NCBI GenBank assembly: GCA_038087875.1
Contig: CM075993.1
Span: 4,962,001 to 5,026,000 of the forward strand
Length of the DNA: 64,000 nucleotides
Direction: 5' to 3'
Source: Malacoraja senta
Taxonomy: Eukaryota
Positions within the stretch are counted from its first letter, which is position 1, and every line of letters begins with the position of its first letter. The notes under the pieces are model-generated. The model made no database searches, had not been told where the DNA came from, and was given only the letters and a program-made list of their open reading frames with translations. Position numbers and translations under genes: made by a program. Shown one piece after another: positions 14,001-26,700 of this stretch.

Positions 14001-14141
14001 CAGAACCAGTGGCAGCCTCAACTTCAGCAGCTGCGGGACATGGGGATACAGGATAACGAGCTGAGCCTTCGAGCACTGCAGGCGACCGGAGGGGACATCC
14101 AGGCTGCACTGGAACTCATTTTTGCTGGAGGAGCCCCATAG
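4944..14141 (+). CDS. UBL7: Ubiquitin-like protein 7, 3' part (8 coding exons, C-terminal UBA domain); 5' exons not seen
   Basis: join(4944-5026,6109-6193,7686-7743,8851-8984,10422-10471,12738-12905,12995-13120,14004-14141); all GT-AG, phases consistent. Translation EPVDQAAAAREFRVL..VYKMLSNKESLDQIIVATPGLSNDPIALGVLQDKDLF..GLSDDEDDF..GPRPITQSELATALALAS..QWQPQLQQLRDMGIQDNELSLRALQATGGDIQAALELIFAGGAP* matches recalled vertebrate UBL7. Confidence 0.96.
6109..6193 (+). CDS. UBL7: UBL7 internal exon (85 bp)
   Basis: ttgcag|GTTTAT...TTAG|gtgagt; VYKMLSNKESLDQIIVATPGLSNDPIAL. Confidence 0.95.
7686..7743 (+). CDS. UBL7: UBL7 internal exon (58 bp)
   Basis: actag|GTGTA...GACAC|gtaagt; GVLQDKDLFVLFTDPSLLDT. 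Confidence 0.94.
8851..8984 (+). CDS. UBL7: UBL7 internal exon (134 bp)
   Basis: tggcag|GTTAATC...CCAG|gtaaga; LITSHPALVNAMVLVLHSVTG...SSSYSEVP. Confidence 0.94.
10422..10471 (+). CDS. UBL7: UBL7 internal exon (50 bp)
   Basis: tttcag|GGGGATAC...CAGCAG|gtaagc; GGYLFDGLSDDEDDFQQ. Confidence 0.94.
10550..11374 (+). mobile_element. Internally deleted hAT-type DNA transposon in a UBL7 intron
   Basis: 13-bp perfect TIR CAGAGCTGCCAAG/CTTGGCAGCTCTG, subterminal tacgg and aatactga repeats, flanks ctttaa/ctttag. Confidence 0.7.
12738..12905 (+). CDS. UBL7: UBL7 internal exon (168 bp)
   Basis: tcacag|TCCCGG...GCGCAG|gtgtgt; SRATASSS...GPRPITQSELATALALASTPESS. Confidence 0.93.
12995..13120 (+). CDS. 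UBL7: UBL7 penultimate exon (126 bp)
   Basis: Follows an 89-bp intron with a cactaac branch point; cccag|AGCACG...CTTCAG|gtaggt; PISHDIFSQALQQALQAS. Confidence 0.93.
14004..14141 (+). CDS. UBL7: UBL7 last coding exon (UBA domain, TAG stop)
   Basis: ctgcag|AACCAGTGG...GCCCCATAG; NQWQPQLQQLRDMGIQDNELSLRALQATGGDIQAALELIFAGGAP*. Confidence 0.96.
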   Translation, partial: NQWQPQLQQLRDMGIQDNELSLRALQATGGDIQAALELIFAGGAP

Positions 14142-15236
14142 CTTGGATGGCCCATGCACATTACCACTAGAATAAAGGAGCAGAATGCTTAATGCTTAAT
14201 GCTGGCAGTGTGGCATGAATGTGGCACGAATTCTCTCCACTGTTAATTGCCAGGCATGGCAGAATGCTTAACTCCATAGACTGGTGTGTGTTATAAGGAA
14301 ATATAATTGTAGGGTGAACATCAGCACTGGTAAGTTTATAGCTCCTATGAGTATCTTGGATGTCTTTATCCAAAAGAAAAGAGCGAGAACTGATTGAATA
14401 TTTTTAAAAAATGTGCAGATGTTTTCAGTTAGACCATAGACCATATTTTATCTGTTGGAAAATGAGACAGTGCCACACTCTTGTCACAAGCTTTTATCTG
14501 GCTTTGGCACCTGGTATATTGCCATTTCTAAGCAGGCAGCATATTGTGCCAGGTGTTGGGATTTAAACATTGTTATATGCCCCAGCATCAAAGAGCCTTC
14601 CCAGCTTGGAGAACTTTTACAAGCCTTTATAACTGGGTTTAAACTAAAGTCTTGTTTCTGTTCCCCATCCCTCAATGGAATTGGCACCTTGAGTCAGCAT
14701 TTCAAATTCTGAACATCCTCCTTACTAAACTTTACCTCTGAAATGCATGGACTTTAAACTACAGTGCGGAGTATTTCTCACCCGAGAGTTTGCTTTCAGC
14801 CCTGCCCTTTTTATGTTGTCGTGCATGCTGCCAATGAAGACCTGAATCGCGATTATTTTTCTTCAACATTACTGCCTGTATTGCCATTCAGTCTGTCATG
14901 GACAATTTACATGGTTTTGCAAAAACAGCGAGCATCTTATGACGTTATGATCTTCTGAAGGGCAAGTGTGGTCTTTGCCGATTTATTTATCCACATGTTA
15001 CCAGAAAATGAATTTTCATAAACAACTAACATTTCCAGCAGCTTCTCCATAGGAGCTGGTGATGTGCTGGGTTGCATACACTTTGGTTGGATGCCTTGGC
15101 AAGTATACTTTTGCCCCTCTGCATGTGACAATTAGTCTCTAGGTCATGAAGAATTGTAACATCTAAGATTCCCAAATCGGTGAAGATAATAGGTTTGGAA
15201 CTGTTGTGTGCTATAACAAATTTAAACGCATCAAAC

Positions 15237-15242
15237 ATTAAA
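15237..15242 (+). promoter_or_regulatory. Candidate distal UBL7 polyadenylation signal (ATTAAA); proximal AATAAA at 14171-14176
   Basis: ATTAAA followed by GT/T-rich sequence (gctgtgggtgttaatctttt) at the end of a repeat-free 1.1 kb 3'UTR-like tract. Confidence 0.5.
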
Positions 15243-17142
15243 GATTTCTTTGATCATTGGGCTGTGGGTGTTAATCTTTTGACTTTCCAGTTTTTCAATG
15301 TGTTGGCTCAAAATGTGGCACGAATTCTCTCCACTGTTAATTGAATTTTATTCAGTGATGCACTTCAATGGAGTTACAGCGTCGCATGTTTTTGAGGTAG
15401 AGGTGTACAGGGAAATCAAACAAAAAATTGATGGGTGAATGGAAATGCCTGCAGCTATTGAGAGGATACTGTAGAGGTTAATTGGTGTGATTGAGGAGTG
15501 GCGTTATATACTATTGATCCAACACTCTCTTACCACCAAAATGTTGAGAGTGTCGGATAATGGTATATAACCCAATCCCTCAATCACTGGAGTCCTCCAG
15601 CACTACAGAAAATCTGCTCCAGAACAGGCAGATTTTCTGGACTGTTGGAGAAAGTTAGCAGGTCAGGCAGCATCTGTGGAGGGAATGGATGATGTTTTGG
15701 CTCGGGAGCCTTCTTCATACTCATGGAGTGGAGGGGGGGGGGGGTAAAGGTAGGGTAAAGCCTGGCATGTGATAGGTGAATACAGGTGAAGGGGAGTGGT
15801 GGATTGGTTGAATGCCAGATGGACAAAATAAATGACAAAGATTGGAGGTGAAAAGGAGATGATAGGGTATCAGATCAGAGGAGTGAAATATAAAGCTGGA
15901 GGAAGAGATGTGGGTGGAAGGGAGGTTTTTTTGCCTATGATTTAAACATCTGCAGTCTCTTGTGTAGATTTTCCAGATTATCGAATATTACTCGTACTAA
16001 AACCTTCACACAATTTGTTGCACAATTTTTTTTGGTAAACTGACAAATTTAAACAATGTGTGAGCCTTAGGCAGTTTAACGGGGAAGCAGGAAATGAGGC
16101 TGCACTTATTCAGGCGCTGAATTGTATACATTTCCAAGCAACGTGATGGAAGATTATCAGAGCATTGCTGTAAATTGGGTTCCTCCCTCAGGACCTGAGT
16201 GAGGCTGAGGTGATCTAATAATTGCTCGGCCAGGAAATTCCTTGCCCCTTCCAGAAAACTAGAACCTGACAACTGGGGAGAAATTTCAGAAAGCCCTAGT
16301 GCTTCCATTGAACAAGCAGCCAACCTGTGGGATGGACGGACTTCCAAGGTGGGAATTGTTGAGGTCAATTAATTTGAGGTTTCTTTTCCACCTCCCCTCT
16401 CCCTCCTCCAGCTTGCAATGCCAGTTGTAACGCTTGACTTCTTGCCTGGTTGAGATAGGCACAGGATTGATGCTCAAAATGATTATATCCTTGTTGGTGT
16501 AACTGAGCTCTGGAAAGGACAGTTCACTGGGACTGTGTTTATCTCACTTGGTGACACAACAGTTATGTCTGGTTTGAAGTACGGTTTTGTTCATGCCTAT
16601 TGCAACCGGTAATCATGCCCTGACCATTTGGTGCCATTTCCATTTTGCAATGATTTAGAACAGACCAAGAATGCCATATTCAGTGCCTTGGACAAGTTGT
16701 GCTGAAGGGCCTGTTTCCGTGCTGTAAGTAAGTAAGTTTATTGGCCAAGTATTCACATACAAGGAATTTGCCTTGGTGCTCCGCCCACAAGTAACAACAT
16801 GACATACAGTGACAGTTACGAATGACACAGAAAACACTAAACATTAATAATAATAAAACATTAATGATAAAACACCATTGATCAAGCATGTGATCCAACA
16901 AAATACCAGATCAAAGGGAGGCTACAGATTTTTGGTTATTGAGTAGAGCAACTACTCGTGGATAAAAAGCTGTTTTTCACGTCTGGCTGTGGCAGCTTTG
17001 ACAGTCCGGAGTCGCCTTCCAGAGGGAAGTGATTCAAAGAGTTTGTGGCCAGGGTGAGAGGGGTCAGAGATGATCTTGCCCGCTCGATTCCTGGCCCTAC
17101 AGCTCTATGCCACTATTTTTATCCTTTGGTTCAAACTTTGTC

Positions 17143-17158
17143 TTTATTCCATTTTATT
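17143..17158 (-). promoter_or_regulatory. Candidate polyA signals of alpha3-like gene (two AATAAA)
   Basis: TTTATT on + strand at 17143-17148 and 17153-17158, about 450 nt downstream of the stop. Confidence 0.55.
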
Positions 17159-17607
17159 TCTTTCATTACACGATTAATGTAACATTGTCCCAGGTTGTTT
17201 AAAGAGTAGAACTTGCAGTCCCCTTTTCCGCACTCTCCTCCCCACCACACCTTCCTTATCACTGGGTCATCTTGACTTATTTGAACCACTTTGGTCTTTG
17301 TGGCACTTGCTTTCCTGGATTCTGCACAAGTCAAATTTGCATGCATCTCTTATCAATGGGCTTTCTAACTTCAGAACAAGGCAAGCTAAGCACATGCAAC
17401 AGTAAGTGAAGCCAAAAGGAAGATGGCAATTAGTTTGCAGAAATGGCTAATTTTTCTCCACAATTGGTGAATATGCCAGTTCTTCCTTTTCTTGCTCTCT
17501 GGTCCTCCCCTGCGAACCCGCCCACCGTCTCCCAATCTTTTAACCATTTCTTGGAACAATTTTGAAAAGAACCGTCTTCTGTGTTTGCATCTTCGTTGCA
17601 ACTCTGC

Positions 17608-17736
17608 TCACATCTCGTTGGCGTGCATCAGTGGCTGCAGGAAGGAGATTGTTGTTCCCAAGATGCACGTCACGATGAAGATCCAGAGGAAGATCCGATC
17701 GATCACCAAGGCAACGTACTTCCAATCATCTTGTAC
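17608..17736 (-). CDS. CHRNA3: alpha3-like exon 6 (M4, stop)
   Basis: cttcag|GTACAA...[48 protein letters not shown]. Confidence 0.95.
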   Translation of the reverse strand, partial: VQDDWKYVALVIDRIFLWIFIVTCILGTTISFLQPLMHANEM

Positions 17737-20700
17737 CTGAAGGGAAGGCCATTAAAATAAAGTTCTGAAGAGATACGACTGAAGTGTACATGTTGTAACA
17801 CAGTAAAAGACACAAAGTGCTGGAGTAACTCAGCAGGTCAGGTAGCATCTCGAGAATATAGATAGGTGACATTTCAGGTTGGGACTCGAGTGTTCTTCAA
17901 ACACTAGTGGGGCAGGTACAGTTCTATTTCCGCTGACTGGTTAGCACGGAGCAAAACCTTTTCACTACCTCGGTAAACTAAACTCTACACAGGCTAAAAA
18001 AACCTCTGCAGGTGCAGAGTAATGTTCCGTCTGCACTGTCCCATTGCACACTACCAAGCCCATGATACCATGAGTTGGCAAAGTAAAGCTCCCACTGCAG
18101 GTTATTTGGCCCCTAAATTGCCCCTTATGAGATGAGACAGTGGGATAATCTAAAACAAGTATGAATGGGTGATCAATTGTCAGGGTGGACGGGGGGGGGG
18201 GGACTGAGACTGCAGGGCCTACTTCCATGTAACTTTTCAATTCAATTCAATCATAATAGCGGAGTCAGGGGATATGGGGAGAAGACAGGAACGGGGTACT
18301 GATTGGGGATGATCAGCCATGATCACATTGAATGGCGGTGCTGGCTCGAAGGTTCGAATGGCCTACTCCTGTACCTATTGTCTGATGTCTATTGTCTATC
18401 ATTTTTTCTCAGCTGATGGAGTGTAATTAGACACAGAGTGAAGCTCCCTTTGCACAGATCCGAATTCAAACCTGACGCCTACTCTTTGTGGATCCATTCC
18501 ACAAAGCTAGAAGAACAAACGGGGAAAAAAATTGAAGGATAGTTGCAGTTTCCTCAGTGATGCCAGCTCAGTGAATTAAAGGCAGGGATTTAAGGTGGCG
18601 AGACTGCTGAAAGTGAAGTGCCATCATTCACCACCAGATGTCAGCCTGGTCCTGTGGAACTTCACCCATTGCAGAATCCATGCCTTCAGGACATTGAACA
18701 GTGGCTCGAGTAAACGACAAACAGTTCTGCATGTTCCAGTCACTCTCCACCCTCTGTGTAAAACAAAAATAACCCTACACTTCTTTAAACTTTACCTCTC
18801 AACGTTTTTTTATTTTTTTTTAATTTATTTTTTAAAAATATTTTAATTTTATTAGAAGTAAGTACAATTGTATACAATCATATTTTCATAATACCTTTTA
18901 TGTACAGCTTCTTATTTAAATTTTTTTTTGAAATAAAGAAGAAAAAGAAATAAGTTAGATAATGAAAAATAGAAAAATGTGAGATATATAGTGTGTGAAA
19001 AAGAAAAATAAAGAATGAAAAAAGAAAGTTGAGACATAGAAAATAGAAGAAAGAGAATAAAAGAAGAGAAGAGAAGAAAAGAAAATAGAAGGAGATCATT
19101 TATAATCTTGACCATCCGCAGTCACGGATTAGCTTTTACACCTGTTTTGCACCATACGTTTCCAAAAAGACGACAAATGGAGACCAACTCGTTATGAATT
19201 GGTCAAATTTATCTATTAGGAGGAATCGCATTTCCTCAAGATGTGCGGTATCCAACATACTTGCAAAAAGTTTATTTCTTTGACCAAACTTTTGGTCACG
19301 TATCCTGAGGTGATTTGGTGTCAAGTTTTGATTGCTAGCTCTTCTATGATGTTACTAGAGATCATTTTTTCTAGATTGTATCACAGAAGCACAGCTGGTA
19401 GAGCTTCTATCCCACAGCACAGGGATATGTGTTCAATCCTGACCTTAGGTGCTGTCTGTGTGGAGTTTGCACATTCTCAATGTGATCATTAGGAGTTTCC
19501 TCCGGGTGCTCCGGTTTCCTCCCATAATCCCAATGACGTGTGGGTTTGTAGGTTAATTGGCCTCTGCAAAATTGCCACTGATGTCTTGGCAGTGGGAAAG
19601 CATAGAACTAGTATGAACGGGTGATCGAAGGTCAGTGGGCCGAAGGGCCTGTTTCCATGCTGTATCTCTAAACTGTAAAGTCCATCCCAGCCCTGTGAAG
19701 GAACAATTCAGCTGGTCTCACTCCCCAATGTCCTGCAAGTTATTTACTTTTTCTAGCAGTGGACTGGTTCTCCTTTGAATGAATCTGCCACCACTACTAT
19801 CCCTAGATTGTAATGCACACTCTGCTTAAATATTACTCCTCCACCAGTGGGAAAAGTTTCTGTCTACTCTTCCTGCACTCTTGGGCCTCGGTGGAGGGAA
19901 TGGACAGACACAGGGTTTCGGATCGGGACCCTTCTTCAGGGTGGTTCTAGTGGGAGGGGAGAAAGCAGGAAAAGAAAGGGTTGGACAAAGTCTGGCAAGT
20001 GAAAGGCGGATACAGATGTTGATTCATGAATGGGTGGATGAAGTGACAAAGAAGACAAAAAGGGGAAGAGGTAGAAAAGAGGGGAAGGAATGAAATGTAA
20101 AGCCAGAGGGAGGGATGTGGGTGGAAGGGGATAGAAGATGAGTGTACAAGGAAGGGGAGATAAAAGAGAAGGTAGGGACTTGGGAATGGGAGATGAATTT
20201 GGAAGGGGAGGGAAAGGAGCAGGGTGATTGAGAGGGTGAAGATAGTTGGAGAAATACTCGCTAGAATTTAGAAGATTGAGGGGGGATCTTATAGAAACGT
20301 ACAAAATTCTTAAGGGGTTGGACAGGCTAGATGCAGGAAGATTGTTCCCGATGTTGGGGAAGTCCAGAACAAGGGGTCACGTTTGAGGATAAGGGATGAG
20401 ATTTTTTTTCACACAGAGAGTGGTAAATCTGTGGAATTCTCTGCCACAGAGGGTGGTTGAGGCCAGTTCATTGGCTATATTTAAGAGGGAGTTAGATGTG
20501 GCCCTTGTGGCTAAGGGGATCAGGGGGTATGGAGAGAAGGCAGGTACAGGATACTGAGTTGGATGATCAGCCATGATCATATTGAATGGCGGTGCAGGCT
20601 CGAAGGGCCGAATGGCCTACTCCTGCACCTATTTTCTATGTTTCTAAATGGCCGTTCACCAGGGTGGGGCTTGAGCACAGGAAGAGAGGAGGTGGGGGGT

Positions 20701-23700
20701 TATTACTTGAACCTGGAGAATTCAATGTTCATTCTTTCTCGCCTTGTACTCCATGCCTCTATTTACGGAACATTGAACGCTGAACATTAAGCTCCACGCC
20801 TCTCACCTCCTTGTATTTATCCTGCATCTTCATCTGCTCCACTATGTGTGTGATGCTGTCAGCGGCTTCTTGCACCTCTGAAGACAGGATGGAGATTGCA
20901 AGCAGAGCATCCGGGGCGTCTGCGCTGGAGCTGCGTGTTAGACCGACGCCAGCGTTCAGGAGTCTCGGCCTGCAACCTCTGCAGCACGTGCATCGTGGGT
21001 CCTGGTCGCAGGCTTGCAAGGAAGCGCTGGAGTCGGAGAGCTCATCGGGGAAGTTGGCCGCCGGGCTTCCCGGAGCTTCACCGTCGCCCCCGGGCCTCGC
21101 CATGCGCAGGATGCGTGGCAGCGACTCCAGGAAGACGGTTTTCACCCAGCTGGGCATGACGTGGGTGGCGGGACCCCTGTCGTGGATGTTGAGCACGAAG
21201 ACAGTTATAATGATGGATAGAACCACGAAGATCATGATGAAGAGCAAGTACTCCTCAATGAGAGGGATCACCAAGGAAGTGGACGGCACGCTCTCCGTGA
21301 TCCCCAGGAGAAACACCGTGAGCGATAGCAGAACCGAGACAGACAGCGTTATCTTCTCTCCACAGGCAGAGGGCAGCCAGAAAACCAGGACAGTCAGAAA
21401 CGAGATCATCAAACAAGGGATGATCATGTTGATGGTGTAGAACAGAGGCATCCGTCTGATGTAAATGGAGTAGGTTATGTCCGTGTAGATCTCTTCGCAG
21501 CAGTTGTACTTGATGTCGTGTTTGTAGCCAGGGGCAGCTATGATGGCCCACTCGCCACTCTCCCAGAAGTCCTTCATGTTCATCTCGCTGCCGATCAGGG
21601 CCAGGTCAATTTTGGCTTTGTCGTGGGTCCAGGAACCAAACTTCATGCTGCAGTTCTGGTAGTCGAACGGGAAATAGGTCACGTCCATCTTGCAGGAGCT
21701 CTTGACGATGGCCGGTGGAATCCAGGTCACCGTGCCGTTGGACATCAGCAACACTTTGGTGTTTCCATCCTTATGGTAATCAGAAACTGCACTGGAATCA
21801 CAACCCAGGTGAGTAGAATATCAGTAGCAATTCTATGGTCAGCATTGTCTGGCCTCTCCCTGGATTATAAACTATAACCATGAAAGGCAAGTATCTCATC
21901 TGCCTTCTTAATCACCCTACCAACCTGTACACTCTGGAGTTTAGAAGGATGAGAGGGGATCTTATTGAAACATATAAGATTGTTAAGGGTTTGGACACGC
22001 TAGAGGCAGGAAACATGTTCCCGATGTTGGGGGAGTCCAGAACCAGGGGCCACAGTTTAAGAATAAGGGGTAAGCCATTTAGAATAGGTTAGAATAGAAT
22101 AGCAGGCACGGGTTATTGATTGGGGACGATCAGCCATGATCACAATGAATGGCGGTGCTGGCTCGAAGGGCCGAATGGCCTCCTCCTGCACCTATTTTCT
22201 ATGTTTCTATGTAGAACGGAGATGAGGAAACACTTTTTCTCACAGAGAGTTGTGAGTCTGTGGAATTCTCTGCCTCAGTGGAGGCCAGTTCTCTGGATAC
22301 TTTCAAGAGAGAGCTAGATAGGGCTCTTAAAGATAGCAGAGTCAGGGGATATGGGGAGAAGGCAGGAACAGGGTACTGATTGGGGATGATCAGCCATGAT
22401 CACATTGAATGGCTCGAAGGGCCGAATGGCCTACTCCTGCACCTATTGTCTATTGTCTATTTCTATGGCCAAATGGAATCCGTGAGTTCTTATTGCCATC
22501 ACGGTTCCCTTATTTTTGGCCTCACCAGAAGTACTCGGATGGCCACTCAAAGTGGCAAGGTCTAGTATGGTACTTCATTTGTTGCATGTACCATTATTGT
22601 ATACAGTATAGTACATGTATCATTACACATAAGCACTTGGATGCTGTTGGCTATAAGGACCATGTAACCTAACAGTCCTCACCTTTCACCCCATCATCCG
22701 TCGCACGCAGCACATAAACCTCCGGCATTTACACCACCACCAACGGGATACCACCACTAGTCCCATCTTCCCATCTCCACCCCTTTCCGCTTTCCGCAGA
22801 GACTGTTCTCTCCTCATCCCTTTCCACCCAAACCCCCCCCCCTTCCCCAGGTACTTTCCCCTGCAACCGCAGGAGATGCAACACCTGTCCCGTTACCTCC
22901 TCCCTCGGCGGCTCGGGACCCTGACAGTCCTTACAGGTGAGGCAGAGGATCACTTGAGTCTATAAAGTTGTACAAGTAAAGTATTTCACTATTCCATTCC
23001 TGGAGTCGATCACATTAAACACTCTTCATATAACCATTACAGCACGGAAACAGGCCATCTCGGCCCTTCTAGTCCGTGCCGAACACTTACTCTCACCTAG
23101 TCCCATCTACCTGCACTCAGACCATAACCCTCCATTCCTTTCCCGTCCATATACCTATCCAATTTATTTTTAAATGATAAAATCGAACCTGCCTCCACCA
23201 CTTCCACTGGAAGCTCATTCCACACAGCTACCACTCTCTGAGTAAAGAAGTTCCCCCTCATGTTACCCCTAAACTTCTGTCCCTTAATTCTCAAATCATG
23301 TCCTCTTGTTTGAATCTTCCCTACTCTCAATGGAAAAAGCTTATCCACGTCAACTCTGTCTATCCCTCTCATAATTTTAAAGACCTCTATCAAGTCCCCC
23401 CTTAACCTTCTGTGCTCCAAAGAATACAGACCTTCACTTCACTCTTGACAATGGGATTAGGATGAATATTTTTTCTGATGAGACAGATAGTGGCCTCCTC
23501 CAATACCATAAACTTTCATGAATCTATGCTGCTGGAACTGCACATACACAAAGAGTTGGGCAGCAGTAGAGCTGCAGCCTCGCAGTGCCAGAGTCTCAAG
23601 ATCGCTCCTGACCTTGGCCACTGCCTGCGTGGAGCATGCATGTTCTCCCCGTGACCGCATGGGATTCCCCTGGGTGCTGCAGTTTCCTCCCACATCCCAA

Positions 23701-26700
23701 AGACATGTAGGTTGGTAGTTGGATCGGCTGCTGTAAATCACCCCTTGTGTCTAAGTGAGTGATATAGTATCTGTCGGGACAAGGAACTGCAGATGCTGGT
23801 TTACAAAAATAAATAAATACAAAGTGCAGGAGTAACTCAGCGGGTCAGGCAGCATCCCTGGAGAACACGGATAGGTGACGTTTTTGTTCTGTACCCTTCT
23901 TCAGAGTAATCATGGTTGGTTGATGGTCGGTGGGCCAAAGTGCCTGATCAGGCTGAAGAAGGGTCACAACCCGAAACGTCACCTATCCATGTTCTCCGAG
24001 GATGCTGCCACACCACTGGAAAGATCTGATTGAACTAGAAATGATTCACAAGAATATTGCTTGGATTAGAGGGCTGCGTGGGTTTTCTCTGAGATCTTCG
24101 GTTTCCTCCCACACTCCAAAGACGTACAGGTTTGTCGGCTTGTATTGGCTTAATTAATTGTCTGATAAATGTAAAAACTGTCCAGTATAAAATTGTCCAA
24201 CTTCAAGTATAGTTCCTGGGGACTCTACAAGGTACAGAGGGCAGTGGAGGCCAAATCACTGGATGGATTTAAGAGAGAGTTAGATAGAGCTCTAGGGGCT
24301 AGTGGTGTCAAGGGATATGGGGAGAAGGCAGGCACGGGTTATTGATTGGGGACGATCAGCCATGATCACAATGAATGGCGGTGCTGGCTGGAAGGGCCGA
24401 ATGGCCTGCTCCTGCACCTATTTTCTATGTTTCTATGTACAAGGGACAAGGGGACAAGGCAGTAGATTGTGGAATTGCAGAATGTTATGTGCGAGTACAT
24501 TTTCCACAGATTCCAGATTCAAGAGAGCTTGTTGTCATGTGTCCCTGATAGGACAATGAAATTCTTGCTTTGCTTCAACACAACATCGACTTTCCTTGAT
24601 CTTTTATGCAAGAAGCTGGATGTGTACATACAACTATCAGTACCCTGTGTGTGTGTACACATCACCACTTTGACCTTCTGACAATTGCAGACATATGTCG
24701 GCCATCAAGACTGCCTGAAAAGATAATCCGCTTACTTTGGGCGTAGCCTGCACGTGGATTGCCGACTGCACCAAAGTGAAACTTCTACCCCTGGTGCACT
24801 GAACAAGATTTAAACCCATGGCTTTTCTGACTCCAGTGGCAAGACTTCTACAACCTAATACGTCAAAATATGCCATAAAATCAATATGTATAACAGATTA
24901 GAATTGCTTATCCATGAATGGACGCCCAGTCTCATTAAATGCACAGTTCATGGAGAATAAATTATTGATTTTAATTTGAATTAATGTCCCCATAAATTTT
25001 GCATCACTCCAATCCAATCCTGGCATTATTTTTCCTGGATGGTTTAAGTCAAAATACATTTAGTGATTGAAGGAGAGAATAGACTATGGTTTGAATGCAG
25101 CAAAGGGTCTGATGGAAACAGGAAGACTGCAGATGCTGGAATTTTGAGCAAAGAACAAAGTACTGGAGGAACTCAGCGGGACAGGCAGCATCTGTGGAGG
25201 GAATGGACAAGGTTGGGAGTCTTCCTCAGACTGATGGGGTGGGGGGGGGGCTGGAAAAGAGAGGTGGAGGTGGGGCAAAACCTAGCAAGTGATAGGTGGA
25301 GACAGCTTTCTACCCATTACTCCATCAGTCTGAAGAAGGGTCCCACTCGAAGTGTTGTCTGTCCATTCCCACCACAGTTGCTGCCTGTCCCGCTGAGTTC
25401 CTCCAGTACCTTGTCCTTTGCGCGACATCATTTACGCGTCACGATGCACGACACGCGCGGCGTGACACGCACGTGACACGCGATGACATAGGCAGTGACG
25501 CGCGGCGTCGCACGATTCCGTGATGTACAAAATCTTCGCCCGCCATCTGCGTGACGCGCAAATGACGGCCAAGTGGGACAGGCCCTTAAGTGTGCGGGGA
25601 TCGCTGGTCGGCGCGGACCCGGTGAGCCGAAGGGCCTGTTTCCGCGATGTATCTCTATCTCTAAATGTGGGCAAGGATTATACGGTCCATCTGTGCCCCG
25701 TGGCGTGCTGACATTTCTTACTTGTTGTACAGGATAATGTCTGGTTTCCAGATTTTGTCGGAAGAAACTCTGATAAAGCCAACGTCTTCGTATTCCGCAG
25801 GATCCCATCTTAACTTGTAATCGTTCCAAATCTGGGACAGATGATAAAGATGAACAGACGGTAAGTTAAAGATACATTAAAGGCAAGTACAGGCTGTGGT
25901 GTGGCGTATTACTGGACTCCAACCAAACCATGACGTCCTCAGCCAAGGTGAACCCATCAGCAATTTCAGACAAAGTACTGGCTTGACACCCCATCCACCA
26001 TGTAAAAACTCACCCCCTCCACTTCTTCTCTACTGTGGCTGTAACAGTTAGCAAGGTTACTTTGATGTGACCGTTAGAAATGTAGGGTCCAATATGTGGC
26101 ATTACTCGTCCATGCCAATCAAGATGCCTCATCTAAGCTAGTTCCATTTGGCCTTGTATTGGCCTTTATAACTTATTTTTTTTATTCTGATTATTCTGAT
26201 TATATGTTAACCATAAATCTCTGTAAGGTGTCCTTGAGACCTCGGTATAAGGCACCCATAAATAAAATTCATTATTATTATTATTATTATATCCCTCTTA
26301 ACCTTTCCTATCCATGTACCTAATCAGTCTGAAGAAGGGTCTCGACCAGAAACGTCGCCAATTCCTTCTCTCCATAGATGCTGCCTCACCCGCTGAGTTT
26401 CTCCAGCATTTTGTGTCTACCTTCGATTTTACCAGCATCTGCAGTTCTTTCTTAAACTATCCATGTACCTGTGTTTAATAAGGAACTGCCGATGCTGGAA
26501 AATTGAAGGTAGACAAAGAAGGGTTTCGGCCCGAAAGGTTACCTATTTCCTTCGTTCCATAGATGCTGCCACACCTGCTGACTTTCTCCAACACTTTTGT
26601 CTACTACTCATATACCTGTCTGATTGTCTCTTAGAGGTTTTATTGTTCCATATAACCACCACCCTCTGTGTGAAAAAGTTGTCCCCCAGGTTCCTATTCA

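Noticed and set aside
20811..21440. 209-aa plus-strand ORF (and 40687-41230 ORFs)
   Set aside because: Antisense shadows of GC-rich receptor exon 5.
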